DNA of 64,000 bases from Candidatus Eiseniibacteriota bacterium (GCA_020633975.1 JACKCR010000006.1:13100-77099), one strand, 5' to 3'; positions 33,064-42,631 are shown, counted from the stretch's first letter. The notes: generated by a model not told the origin, from the letters alone. Translations and numbers: made by a program.

Positions 33064-35010
33064 CTACCCGCGGGATGCGCCAGCGACTTGTTCCCGCTCG
33101 GTCTCGCGTTGAAGGAAGCGTTGGTAGATCGCGGAGGATCGAGCGAGGTCCTCATGGTGGCCCTCGTCTACGACCCTGCCTTCTTCCATGACGACGATCC
33201 GGTTCGCGCGTCTCACCGTCGCGAGCCGGTGGCTCACGAGAACGACGATCGCGCCAGGAACGAGTTCGCGCAGTCCCGACCAGAGACGGTCCTCGTTCTC
33301 TGCGTCGAGGCTCGCCGTACAGTCGTCGAGGAGCAGTAGTCTCGGACGGCTGTAGAGAGCACGCGCGATGGAGAGACGTTGGCGTTGTCCTCCCGAGATA
33401 CGCGTCCCCTTCTGTCCGAGCATGGTGGCGGAGCCTTCCGTCATGCGCGCGAGTTCGTCTTCCATCCGGACCATGCGGAGGAGCTCGTCCGTCCAGTGTT
33501 TCTCGGACTCGGTGTCATTCGGGGACGGACGTCCCATGGCTACGTTTTCTGCGATCGTCTCGCTGAAGAGAAGTGGCTGCTGGGGCACGTATCCGAGCTG
33601 CGACCGGTACTGTCCGAACTCTGCGGGGGCGAACGACCGCCCATTGATCCGGAAGGTTCCTTGGTCGGGTTCGAGGAACCCTGCCAGGAGTGAGAGCAGA
33701 GTCGACTTCCCGGACCCGACTTCACCCACGATTGCGACCGTCTCGCCGCTGCCAAGGGTGAGGTCGACTCCGTCCAGCTGCTTTCGGCCGTTGCCGTAGG
33801 AGAACGTCACGTTCTCCAGTGTGACCTGCGTAATCGGCTCCCTTGCGTGGTCAGCATCCGTGGGGGCGTTCGTCGAATGCTCAGGCGACCCGTGAGTTGG
33901 TGATGTGGCGCCAGTCGATGTCATCGCCGACATCACGTTGGTCGCCGCGTCGGTCGTCGCGAAGTGCTTCACGGTCACCGGGAACCGGAGGAGCTCCTCC
34001 TCGCGATCCATACAGACGAACGCTTGGCGTGAAGTTACGAGTAGGTTCGGGAGATCTACCATCGGTTCGACGAGCATGTCGAGGTAGATGTAGAAGGCGT
34101 AGAGCGTACCGAGCGAGAGCTGCCCCTGGACGACCATCGTGCCGCCGACGGCGAGAACGACGAGCTGGCCGACGCGGCTGGCGACGGTGTCGAGCACGTC
34201 CACCATCGCGAAGAGCCGACGCACTCGATACTGCACTTCGACCCGGTCCGTGAGGATCTCGTCGAGGTGACGGGACGGGCCCGCCTCGGCTGCGAACGCC
34301 TTCACGATCCGGATCCCTGAGAACGTCGATTCGAGCATGTCGTTCGTCCGCGAGATCGACTGCTGTTGGGCGAGGATGGCCTCACGGAGCCGCATCCGGA
34401 TCCGGTAGATCAGCGCGAGCATGAGCGGGAGCGGCAGGGCGGCGAGAACCGCGAGCTTCGGGTCGAGCACGACCATCGCGGCGATGCAGAAGACGAGCTT
34501 GGAACCGGACTCGAGGGCGCGGAAGATCCCGGAGCAGCAGAACCACGCGAGCTTCGGGTACTCCGTGATGTCGTCCATCAGTCTCGTCACGAGGTCACCG
34601 GTCCGGAAGTTGGAGAAGAACCGGTGGTCCTTGCCGAGCACGGATCCGAAGACCTTCTCGCGGATGCCCATGTCGAGTTTGAGGTTCACCCAGGCGCGCG
34701 ACGCAGGGTAGAGCTTCGCGACGAACCGTCCGAGCGCAATGAGGAGCAGGATCCCGATGATTCGACGCAGCTCTTCGGGGGGGACCGTTCCCTTGACGAT
34801 CGAGTCGAGTGAGTCCGCGCCGACCCCTTGTGCGATCCGGTCGAGCACGTGACGGAAGACGAGCGGATAGGCGATCGCGACTGCGCTCGAGACGAGTGTC
34901 AGGAAGAGCAGCAGGAACACGAACGGCCAATGCGGTCGCCAGAAGGACCAGATCCAGAGTAGCCGGTCCCTGAGAGTCGGGTTCCATGCGCGGGAAGTGG
35001 GCTCGGTCAC
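33064..35010 (-). CDS. ABC exporter, fused permease/ATPase (type I exporter half-transporter)
   Basis: 648 aa. Six-helix TMD, then Walker A GEVGSGKST, signature ISGGQRQRLSIARAL and Walker B LLLLDDCTASLD. A low-complexity insert (TTDAATNVMSAMTSTGATSPTHGSPEHSTNAPTDAD) precedes the NBD. Confidence 0.9.
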   Translation of the reverse strand: MTEPTSRAWNPTLRDRLLWIWSFWRPHWPFVFLLLFLTLVSSAVAIAYPLVFRHVLDRIAQGVGADSLDSIVKGTVPPEELRRIIGILLLIALGRFVAKLYPASRAWVNLKLDMGIREKVFGSVLGKDHRFFSNFRTGDLVTRLMDDITEYPKLAWFCCSGIFRALESGSKLVFCIAAMVVLDPKLAVLAALPLPLMLALIYRIRMRLREAILAQQQSISRTNDMLESTFSGIRIVKAFAAEAGPSRHLDEILTDRVEVQYRVRRLFAMVDVLDTVASRVGQLVVLAVGGTMVVQGQLSLGTLYAFYIYLDMLVEPMVDLPNLLVTSRQAFVCMDREEELLRFPVTVKHFATTDAATNVMSAMTSTGATSPTHGSPEHSTNAPTDADHAREPITQVTLENVTFSYGNGRKQLDGVDLTLGSGETVAIVGEVGSGKSTLLSLLAGFLEPDQGTFRINGRSFAPAEFGQYRSQLGYVPQQPLLFSETIAENVAMGRPSPNDTESEKHWTDELLRMVRMEDELARMTEGSATMLGQKGTRISGGQRQRLSIARALYSRPRLLLLDDCTASLDAENEDRLWSGLRELVPGAIVVLVSHRLATVRRANRIVVMEEGRVVDEGHHEDLARSSAIYQRFLQRETEREQVAGASRG

Positions 35011-36950
35011 TACGCCACCTCCCCGGCCGCGAACTGAAGGTCATAGAGAGCACGGTAGAGCCCACCTTCACGTAGCAGCTCGTCGTGGCGCCCCTGCTGT
35101 ACGATCCGTCCCTTCTCCAGCACGAGGATCTCGTGTGCATTCTTGATCGTGCTGAGACGATGCGCGACGACGAGTGACGTGCGTCCAGCCATCATCCTCT
35201 CGAGCGAGGATTGGATGCGGGACTCCGTTGCTGGATCGACGGACGAGGTCGCTTCGTCCAGGATCAGGAGTCCGGGCTCTCGCACCATGGCGCGCGCGAA
35301 ACAGACGATCTGCCGCTCGCCCATCGAGAGGTTCTGACCGCCCTCGGAGAGCTCGGTGTCGAGCCCCTTCGGAAGTCGCGATAGGACATCGCTTGCTCCC
35401 AGCGCACGAACAGCTCCTTCGAGACGTTCTTCGGAAGCGGCCTGGAGGAAGACTTGTAGGTTGTCCGCAACGGTTCCGGGGAAGAGGTGGATGTCCTGGA
35501 GGACGAGGCCGAGAAGGTTGCGCCACGCGGCGAGCGAGAACTCGCGGATGTCGACTCCGTCGATCGTGATCCGTCCGGACGTCGGTTCGTAGAAGCGGAG
35601 CAGGAGTCCGACGATCGTCGTCTTGCCGCCGCCCGACGGGCCGACGAGCGCGATCCGATCGCCGCGCCGAAGCGAGAAGCTCACGCCGTCGAGCGCGAGA
35701 GGGGATGGGCTGGGAGAGTGGCCAGCTGCGGAAACGGCCGCACCGTTGCCGCTCTCCGCGAGTGAGTGTGCGTCGCCGCTTCCGTTCGCCGTGTGCTCCA
35801 TCTGGTCGACGTCGTCGTCCCCGAGCTCAGGAATCGGCCGGGCATCGTAGCCGAAGCGAACGTTCTCGAAACGGATCTCGCTCCATTCCTGGGGCAGTTC
35901 GGTGCGGGCTTCGGGGCGATCGACGACGGTGCTCTTCGTGTCGAGCACGCCGAAGACGCGGTCCGCGGAGGCGAACGCCTTCTGGATGAATCCGAGCTGC
36001 TCGGTGAAGAGCGCAAGCGGCCAGAAGAGGCGTCTCGTGTACTCGACGAAGAGCACGGCCGTGCCGAGAGTGAGCCCGCCGCCGAACTTGTCACTGAAGC
36101 CGAGGAAGAGGATCAAGATGACGGCGAACACTTCGAGCGTTCCCACGACTCCCCAGAAGCAGTAGTCGAGGAACTCGGTCTTGATCTCCGTATGGTACCG
36201 GTCGCGGTTGCGCCGCCGGAGCCGGTCCATCGCCCAGGGGCCGCGCCCATAGACCTGAAGGATCGGGACCGCCTGTGCGTACTCGGTGACGAATGTCGAG
36301 AGGTTCGCGTAGACGCGCCGGACCTTCTGATAGAGCGGGCGCATCCAGCGGAGGAAGAGGAGCGCGCCGATCACGAACGGCAGGGCGAGCAGGAACACCG
36401 CACCCGTGATCTCCGCGTTCGTGCGGAGCATGACCGTGAACGTCCCGACGAGGAGGATCACGGTGCGGAGGAGTGACAGGGTCACTTCCGCGAAGAGGTT
36501 CTGGAGACGTTCGGTGTCGGACTCGACCCGCGTCATGAGTCGTCCGGTCGGATGACGATCGAAGTGATCCATGCCGAGCGAGAGCAGGTGGTCGAACAGG
36601 TCCTGCTTGAGCCGTGCGATCGTGCGCAGCCCGACTTTGGCGACGATGAGAACTTGAGTGAAGGTGGACGCGCTCCCGATCAGGAAGACGCCGAGGTAGA
36701 CGAGTGCGGTGCGAAGGATCCCACTCGGGTCGGATCCGTCCTGCGCTGCGGGGATCGCCCGGTCGATCAGGTGACGGAGAACGAGCGGACCGACGAGCTC
36801 TGCGGCTACGGACGTGAGGAGGAGGACGACTCCAAGCGCGAGTCGCGCGCGTTCTGGACGAAGACGCTCCGCCAACCGGGAGAGCATCTCGCGGAATCCC
36901 AAGCGGCGGATGTACCCCTCTTCCAGGGGACCGTCGTCGTCCCACCACAT
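35010..36950 (-). CDS. ABC exporter, fused permease/ATPase (partner half-transporter)
   Basis: 646 aa. Walker A GPSGGGKTT, signature LSMGERQIVCFARAM and Walker B LLILDEATSSVD. Its stop overlaps the start of the downstream partner by 1 nt. An insert of about 45 aa follows the first NBD strand. Confidence 0.9.
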   Translation of the reverse strand: MWWDDDGPLEEGYIRRLGFREMLSRLAERLRPERARLALGVVLLLTSVAAELVGPLVLRHLIDRAIPAAQDGSDPSGILRTALVYLGVFLIGSASTFTQVLIVAKVGLRTIARLKQDLFDHLLSLGMDHFDRHPTGRLMTRVESDTERLQNLFAEVTLSLLRTVILLVGTFTVMLRTNAEITGAVFLLALPFVIGALLFLRWMRPLYQKVRRVYANLSTFVTEYAQAVPILQVYGRGPWAMDRLRRRNRDRYHTEIKTEFLDYCFWGVVGTLEVFAVILILFLGFSDKFGGGLTLGTAVLFVEYTRRLFWPLALFTEQLGFIQKAFASADRVFGVLDTKSTVVDRPEARTELPQEWSEIRFENVRFGYDARPIPELGDDDVDQMEHTANGSGDAHSLAESGNGAAVSAAGHSPSPSPLALDGVSFSLRRGDRIALVGPSGGGKTTIVGLLLRFYEPTSGRITIDGVDIREFSLAAWRNLLGLVLQDIHLFPGTVADNLQVFLQAASEERLEGAVRALGASDVLSRLPKGLDTELSEGGQNLSMGERQIVCFARAMVREPGLLILDEATSSVDPATESRIQSSLERMMAGRTSLVVAHRLSTIKNAHEILVLEKGRIVQQGRHDELLREGGLYRALYDLQFAAGEVA

Positions 36951-37022
36951 GGGCGATCCTCCGTGTCGGGGCCCGTCCCGCGACGCGGAGCCAAGCCGAA
37001 TGCTGCCTTAGCGGGGAGGGGG

Positions 37023-37331
37023 CTACTTGTACCGGTAGACGACCCGGCCACGGTTCAGGTCATACGGCGAGAGTTCGACCGTGACCTTGTCTCCGCGGAG
37101 GATCCGGATGAAGTGCCGGCGCATCTTGCCGGAGATGTGGGCCAGAACGACGTGTCCGTTCTCCAGCTCCACACGGAACATCGCGTTGGGGAGAGGCTCG
37201 ATCACCGTACCGGTCACTTCGATTGCGTCGGTACGTTGTTGCCGTTCTTCCTCACGCGGCCTGTCGTTGCCTGCTTGCTTACGTGCTTTGCCCTTTCCGG
37301 ACGTCCCGGTCGGGCGCTTCCTGGGTGGCAT
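37023..37331 (-). CDS. infA: Translation initiation factor IF-1 with a basic N-terminal extension of about 30 aa
   Basis: [68 protein letters not shown] is near-identical to canonical IF-1. It is preceded by [34 protein letters not shown]. There is no in-frame ATG, GTG or TTG between the first codon and the conserved core. Confidence 0.9.
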   Translation of the reverse strand: MPPRKRPTGTSGKGKARKQAGNDRPREEERQQRTDAIEVTGTVIEPLPNAMFRVELENGHVVLAHISGKMRRHFIRILRGDKVTVELSPYDLNRGRVVYRYK

Positions 37332-37476
37332 ACTCTAGACACACCTCCTGAATACGTGCTCGGATCCGACGACGAGTCGGGCTGCCGAGGTCCAGTTCGG
37401 TCCCGATGCCGAACGATCCTGCGAAGGGTACGTTGTTCGGTGTGCATCGTCAAGCAAACCCACGGGTTGGGCTGTT

Positions 37477-37505
37477 TTGACACGGGTCGGGGGATCTCCT
37501 ATGAT
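37477..37505 (+). promoter_or_regulatory. Consensus sigma-70-type promoter, TTGACA-N17-TATGAT
   Basis: TTGACA at 37477-37482, a 17-nt spacer, then TATGAT at 37500-37505. The tatT-like ATG is at 37514, only 8 nt after the -10 element. Confidence 0.55.
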
Positions 37506-37513
37506 CCCGCCCG

Positions 37514-38437
37514 ATGCATACCGACCAACTAGACCCGGCGCGTGGCGAGTCGACTCGCGTACGCGCCTTCCGTGTTCTGGGCGGACTCGCCGCTGGCGTC
37601 GTCCTGACCCAGGTTCTTGGATGTGGCGTGACCAACAAGGTTGCGGTGGGCACGATGGTGCCTCTGCTCGAGTCGACCGTCGAATCCACCTTCCGGGAGC
37701 GCGACGTCGAGACCGTGCGGGAGGGTATTCCCGCCAACTTGCTGTTACTCAGAGGGTTCGCGGAGGAATACGACGGCGACGAGACCCTCCGGATCCTCGC
37801 GGCTCAGTCCTATTTCTCCTTCGCGCTGGGGTTCGTAGAGGACTTCGAGCCGGACAGAGCGGCACTCCTCTACTCCGAGGGCTGGCGGCTCGGTCGCGAG
37901 CTCCTCGAGCATCGGGACTGGTTCCGCGACGCACAGGCCGAAAAGCCAGTTCCGAGCGCGGAGGTCCTGGACAAAATCGAGGAGGACGACGTTCCTCTCC
38001 TCTTCTGGACCTTGGCCAACTGGACCCGTTGGGTGAGCCTCAACCTCGACGATCCCGCCGCAGTCGCGCAGCTCGCCCGCGTCGAGCTCTATCTGGATCG
38101 CGTCATCGAGCTCCAGCCGGACTACTACTACGGACTTCCGCTCGCTATGGTGGCTTCGCTCCAGAGCTTCAGGCCCGAGATGTTGGGCGGGAAGCCCGAA
38201 GCCTCTAAGTCCAACTTCGAGGAGGCTTTCCGCGTCTCGGGGAACCGCATGCTCTACTTCAAGGTTCTGTACGCGGAGTTCTACTGCAAGCGGGTGTTCG
38301 ATGAAGACTGCTTCGTCGAGACCCTCGAAGAGGTGATCGCCGCGCCCGACGATCTCCTGCCGGAACTCCAGCTTTGGAACGAAGTGGCGAAGGACAAAGC
38401 CGCGTACCTATTGGAGACCCGGGATGACTATTTCTAG
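37514..38437 (+). CDS. TRAP-transporter TatT-like TPR component (probable lipoprotein)
   Basis: 307 aa. Lipobox-like LTQVLGCG. All-helical TPR-like body (LLLLRGFAEEY ... LFWTLANWTRWVSL ... YYYGLPLAMVASL). Sits directly upstream of dctP/Q/M-type genes, as in the T. pallidum TatT/TatP system. Confidence 0.65.
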   Translation: MHTDQLDPARGESTRVRAFRVLGGLAAGVVLTQVLGCGVTNKVAVGTMVPLLESTVESTFRERDVETVREGIPANLLLLRGFAEEYDGDETLRILAAQSYFSFALGFVEDFEPDRAALLYSEGWRLGRELLEHRDWFRDAQAEKPVPSAEVLDKIEEDDVPLLFWTLANWTRWVSLNLDDPAAVAQLARVELYLDRVIELQPDYYYGLPLAMVASLQSFRPEMLGGKPEASKSNFEEAFRVSGNRMLYFKVLYAEFYCKRVFDEDCFVETLEEVIAAPDDLLPELQLWNEVAKDKAAYLLETRDDYF

Positions 38438-39515
38438 TGCAGTGCTCTCCCGCCCGAGGCGTTCGATCCGTCGGATGTTCCTCCTGACCGGTCTCGCTCT
38501 TGTCGGGATCCTCACGATGGCAGAGCGGTTCGCTCCGAGCCTCGTCCATGCGAAGCCGAAGTATCAGCTCAAGATCGCGACGATCGCTCCGGATGGTTCG
38601 ACGTGGATGAACCTCATGCACGAGCTCGACGACGCCGTGCAGGCGGAGACCGGCGGCGAAGTCGGCCTCAAGTTCTACCCCGGTGGTATCCAGGGTGACG
38701 AGCCGATCGTCCTCCGCAAGATCGCGACAGGACAGCTCCACGGAGGCGGACTCACAGGAGTCGGACTCGGCACGATCGCGCCCGAGCTGCGCGTACTCGA
38801 GCTTCCGTTCCTCTTCCGCGACGAGTCCGAAGTCGCCTGGATCCACGAGCGGATGGATCCCAAGTTCGAATCGATCCTCTACGACGCCGGCTACACGCTT
38901 CTTGGATGGGCCGACGTCGGATTCGTCTACCTCTACAGCAAGGATCCGATCGCGACGAAAGCGGATCTCAACGGCCAGAAGCTGTGGCTCTGGGAAGGGG
39001 ATCCTCTCGCGGAGGAGTTTCTCTCCAAGGCTGGAGTCGCGCCCGTTCCGCTCTCGATCACGGACGTCATGACGTCCCTCCAGACCGGACTCATCACGTC
39101 TGTCTACGTCTCTCCGCTCGCGTGCATCGCGCTCCAGTGGTTCACGCGCGTCGGCTATACGACCGATGTCCCGATCACGCACGCGATGGGTGCCGTCGTC
39201 GTGACGAACGCGGCGTGGGAGAAGATTCCCGAGGCGCACCGCGCGACCGTGCGGAAGCTGGCCGACGAGTACTTCGCGAAGCTCCAGGCCGCGACCACGA
39301 AGGAGAACGCTCAGAGTGCGCAAGTGATCGCAGAGAGCGGAGTGAAGACCGTGCACGTTTCGGACGCCGAGGTGGAGAGTCTTCGTGCCATCGGAAAGGA
39401 CGTCGCGTCCGCCCTGACCGGCAAGCTCTACCCCGCGGAGTTGCTCCAGCAGGTCGAGGCAGAACTCGGTTCGTGCAGGGCGAAGGCCGGTACGACCGGG
39501 GCACTCGTGCGGTGA
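38424..39515 (+). CDS. TRAP transporter substrate-binding protein (DctP family)
   Basis: 363 aa. YQLKIATIAPDGSTWMNLMHELDDAVQAETGGEVGLKFYPGGIQGDE ... LELPFLF ... KDPI ... DLNGQKLW is the typical DctP pattern. Overlaps the tatT-like gene by 14 nt. An alternative ATG at 38475 is possible. Confidence 0.85.
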   Translation: MTISSAVLSRPRRSIRRMFLLTGLALVGILTMAERFAPSLVHAKPKYQLKIATIAPDGSTWMNLMHELDDAVQAETGGEVGLKFYPGGIQGDEPIVLRKIATGQLHGGGLTGVGLGTIAPELRVLELPFLFRDESEVAWIHERMDPKFESILYDAGYTLLGWADVGFVYLYSKDPIATKADLNGQKLWLWEGDPLAEEFLSKAGVAPVPLSITDVMTSLQTGLITSVYVSPLACIALQWFTRVGYTTDVPITHAMGAVVVTNAAWEKIPEAHRATVRKLADEYFAKLQAATTKENAQSAQVIAESGVKTVHVSDAEVESLRAIGKDVASALTGKLYPAELLQQVEAELGSCRAKAGTTGALVR

Positions 39516-39534
39516 CGATGGATCCGAGTCGATC

Positions 39535-40200
39535 GTGAACGAAGGAACGTTCCTCTTTGGGAGCCTCGCCCCCGGGCGAGGCTTCGTCTTCGCTCTCGCC
39601 GGGGTGCTCGCGGTGTGCCTCGCGCTCCGTGTCCTGATCCATCGGCGTCACGAGACAGGGTTCGTCGCGGTGACCCGTCCCTTGGAGCGCTGGCTCCTTA
39701 CCGCGTTCCTGCTCGCGTTGGTGCTCCTCTCCGCTTTCCAGATCGTTTACCGGAACGTCTTCGGATCCGGGTTCGTCTGGATCGATCCGTTCCTCCGGAG
39801 TCTGGTCCTCTGGCTCACCTTCCTGGGCGCCTTCGCTGCGACCGCGCAGGGGCGGCACATCGGTATCGACATCGTGGGACGGTTGTTGCCAGAGACGCCC
39901 CGCAAGGCGCTCTTCCGACTCCTTTCCGCGCTGGCCGGCGCCGTGTGCGTCGCGCTCGCGAACGGCGCGTACGAGTATCTTTCGCTCGAGAAGGAGTTCG
40001 AGGCGGATGCATTCCTCGGACTCGCGACCTGGCACGTTCAGAGCATCCTCCTTCTCGGGTTCGTCCTCCTCGCCTACCGGTTCTTCGTTGGGGCCGTTCT
40101 AGGCGTGAGGCCAGAAGACGAAGAAGGCCGCTTCGGCGAACCCGCACCGACGCCGGGTGAGGCGATCCCGTCGGGTGAAGTCCGGGGGGCCGCGCGATGA
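39535..40200 (+). CDS. TRAP transporter small permease (DctQ family) with a C-terminal tail
   Basis: 221 aa, GTG start, four TM helices (WLLTAFLLALVLLSAFQIVYRNVFG ... WIDPFLRSLVLWLTFLGA). Confidence 0.75.
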   Translation: MNEGTFLFGSLAPGRGFVFALAGVLAVCLALRVLIHRRHETGFVAVTRPLERWLLTAFLLALVLLSAFQIVYRNVFGSGFVWIDPFLRSLVLWLTFLGAFAATAQGRHIGIDIVGRLLPETPRKALFRLLSALAGAVCVALANGAYEYLSLEKEFEADAFLGLATWHVQSILLLGFVLLAYRFFVGAVLGVRPEDEEGRFGEPAPTPGEAIPSGEVRGAAR

Positions 40201-41510
40201 TCTTGCTGGTCGTGCTCGGACTCCTGGCGCTCGCGCTCCTCGGCATGCCGCTGTTCACGGTGATGGGCCTCGGGTCTCTCATCGCGTTCGGGAGCGAGGA
40301 CATCTCGTCGTCCGCGGTGATCTCCGAGATGACACGGCTCGCGACGTCTCCTGTCCTCGTCTCGATCCCGCTCTTCACGTTTGCGGGGTATCTGTTCGCG
40401 GAAGGGGGGACTGCAGCGAGGCTGGTGCGACTGTCCCGCGCCGCATTCGGGTGGATCCCGGGCGGTCTTGCCATCGTGTCGCTCGTGACGTGCGCGGTGC
40501 TCACCGCCTTCACCGGGGCGAGCGGAGTGACGATCGTCGCCGCGGGCGGGCTCCTCATGCCCGCGCTGCTCCAGGAACGCTACTCGGAGCGGTTCTCGCT
40601 CGGTCTCCTCACGACTTCTGGGAGTCTCGGCCTTCTCTTTCCGCCCAGTCTTCCGCTCATTCTCTATAGCTACGTGGCGTCCTCGGCGGCGGGCGGACTG
40701 CTGCTGGATCCCGCATCCGCGCCTACCGTGGATCGCCTCTTCGTCGCCGGGCTCCTTCCTGGAATCTTCCTCATCGTCGCGCTCTCGTTCCTCTGCGTAC
40801 GGGAAGGCGGGCAACGGAAGATCGCGCGAACGCCGTTCCATTGGTCGGAGGTGTTTCCGGCCCTCCGCGGCGCGCTCTGGGAGATTCCGCTCCCGATCAT
40901 CGTATTGGGCGGCATCTACGGCGGAAAGCTGACGGTGATCGAGGCCGCTTCCGTCACGGCGCTCTATGCCTTCGTTTCCCAGGTCTTCATCTACCGGGAT
41001 GTCAGCCTGACCCGTCTCCCCAAGATCGCGGCCGAGAGCATGACTTTGGTCGGCGGCATCCTCGTCATCCTGGGCGCGGCTCTCGGGCTGACGAACTACC
41101 TGATCGACGCCGAGGTGCCGCTCCAGCTGCTCGAGTGGGTTCGCGGGACCATCGACAACCGGCTCGTCTTCCTGCTCGTGCTCAACGCGTTTCTGTTAGT
41201 CGTCGGTTTCCTCATGGACATCTTCTCGGCGCTCATCGTCGTGGTGCCGCTCATCGTTCCACTGGCGCAGGAGTACGACGTCAACCTGGTCCATCTCGGA
41301 ATCATCTTCCTGACGAACCTGGAGATCGGATACTCTACTCCCCCGGTCGGGCTGAATCTCTTCATCTCGTCCTATCGCTTCGGGAAGCCCGTGGTGGAAG
41401 TCTATCGCGCGTCGATCCGATGGCTCGTCGTGCTCCTCATCGCGCTTCTCGTCATCACCTATGTTCCCGAGCTCTCGCTCATTCTGCTGAAGTGGATGTC
41501 GATTCCCTGA
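40197..41510 (+). CDS. TRAP transporter large permease (DctM family)
   Basis: 437 aa, polytopic. IPLFTFAGYLF ... TGASGVTIVAAG ... GLLFPPSLPLILY ... GIYGGKLTVIEAASV ... YSTPPVGLNLF are characteristic DctM motifs. 4-nt overlap with the dctQ-like gene. Confidence 0.9.
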   Translation: MILLVVLGLLALALLGMPLFTVMGLGSLIAFGSEDISSSAVISEMTRLATSPVLVSIPLFTFAGYLFAEGGTAARLVRLSRAAFGWIPGGLAIVSLVTCAVLTAFTGASGVTIVAAGGLLMPALLQERYSERFSLGLLTTSGSLGLLFPPSLPLILYSYVASSAAGGLLLDPASAPTVDRLFVAGLLPGIFLIVALSFLCVREGGQRKIARTPFHWSEVFPALRGALWEIPLPIIVLGGIYGGKLTVIEAASVTALYAFVSQVFIYRDVSLTRLPKIAAESMTLVGGILVILGAALGLTNYLIDAEVPLQLLEWVRGTIDNRLVFLLVLNAFLLVVGFLMDIFSALIVVVPLIVPLAQEYDVNLVHLGIIFLTNLEIGYSTPPVGLNLFISSYRFGKPVVEVYRASIRWLVVLLIALLVITYVPELSLILLKWMSIP

Positions 41511-42631
41511 TGTCTAGGCGGTCTCCCGCAATCCTCTCCCGGCTCGGAGCGACCCGCGTCTCCGGTCTTGCGACCGCGATCGCGCTCGTCTTCGCGCTCG
41601 CCTTCCTCGGCGGACCTCGTTCGGCGGGGTCTGCCCCCGAGGCGTGGCATGGTCCCCCCGAGATCCGCCGGGACTTTCCGCCCGAGGACATGTGCGACCG
41701 AACCGAACTGCCGGTTCTGCTCGAACTCGACCGTGCGAGCATCGACTCGATCGGTCGGGCGTTCTCTCATCACAACGAACGGCTGATGGCGCGCGCCACC
41801 ACCCTCCTCGAGAACGGCCACTTCGGCGACCCGAAGAGCAAGAACGCGATCAAGACGGCGCGCGAGTACTTCCAGATCCGCTCCTGGAGCGCGATGTACA
41901 CGATCTCGAACCTCACCGACCTCCGCGGCGGCGTCGCCCGGATGGAAGGGTCCGGCCACTTCCTCCCGCTCATCGAGTCGTACTACCACGCCGCGATGTA
42001 CCCTCTTCGGCACGTCGATGTCGCGCAAGTCGGCGAGGGCACGTTCTGCCTGCGGTACAAGATCCCGCCGCAGTACGACGAGACCTTCACACTCGGTGAG
42101 CAGAAGATCCGCGTCCACGCCCTCGACACGAAGAACCATGATGGCAAGAAGGTACGCGTGCTCGACCGGGAATGGGCGACCGGTGACGGTGGGCTCTTGG
42201 AGCTCCTGTACGAGTCTGGCTATACCGGCCGCGTCCACCGGGAGCGGATCATGGACCGAGGCGACCTGCTCGACCTCGTCACCTTCTACGACATCGAAGG
42301 GCTCTACGTCCGGAAGCACGGCACCCACCGCCTCTCCGCCATGGCGATCTGGCGGAACGTCGTGGAGGGCGACGAGATCCCGGAGCACACGAGGATCGGG
42401 TCGACGGCCTACTTCCCGGAGATCGACATCGACCTGCCTTGGTTCCTCCCGGACCTGGGTCTCTCCGACCTTCGCGACTTCGCCTACCCGCTTCCGCTTC
42501 TCTCCGAGGAGCTGTTCGAGAGTGGGAAGATCCCGGCCTGGTTGGGTGCTGACGCGATGGGTCGTTTCGATGGCTGGGATACATGTGGCCCGCGCCCCGA
42601 GATCCTCGACCAACGCTTCCCGGACCTGTAG
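41510..42631 (+). CDS. Secreted hypothetical protein translationally coupled to the TRAP permease
   Basis: In-frame ATG of ORF 40841..42631 at 41510, in a TGATG overlap with the dctM-like stop. 373 aa. Signal sequence MSRRSPAILSRLGATRVSGLATAIALVFALAFLGG. No motif recognised. Confidence 0.6.
   Translation: MSRRSPAILSRLGATRVSGLATAIALVFALAFLGGPRSAGSAPEAWHGPPEIRRDFPPEDMCDRTELPVLLELDRASIDSIGRAFSHHNERLMARATTLLENGHFGDPKSKNAIKTAREYFQIRSWSAMYTISNLTDLRGGVARMEGSGHFLPLIESYYHAAMYPLRHVDVAQVGEGTFCLRYKIPPQYDETFTLGEQKIRVHALDTKNHDGKKVRVLDREWATGDGGLLELLYESGYTGRVHRERIMDRGDLLDLVTFYDIEGLYVRKHGTHRLSAMAIWRNVVEGDEIPEHTRIGSTAYFPEIDIDLPWFLPDLGLSDLRDFAYPLPLLSEELFESGKIPAWLGADAMGRFDGWDTCGPRPEILDQRFPDL

Noticed and set aside
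40841-41509. N-terminal 223-aa extension of ORF 40841..42631.
   Set aside because: This part overlaps the DctM-like permease out of frame and reads as Arg-rich junk. The in-frame ATG at 41510 gives a proper signal peptide and a stop/start overlap with the dctM-like gene.
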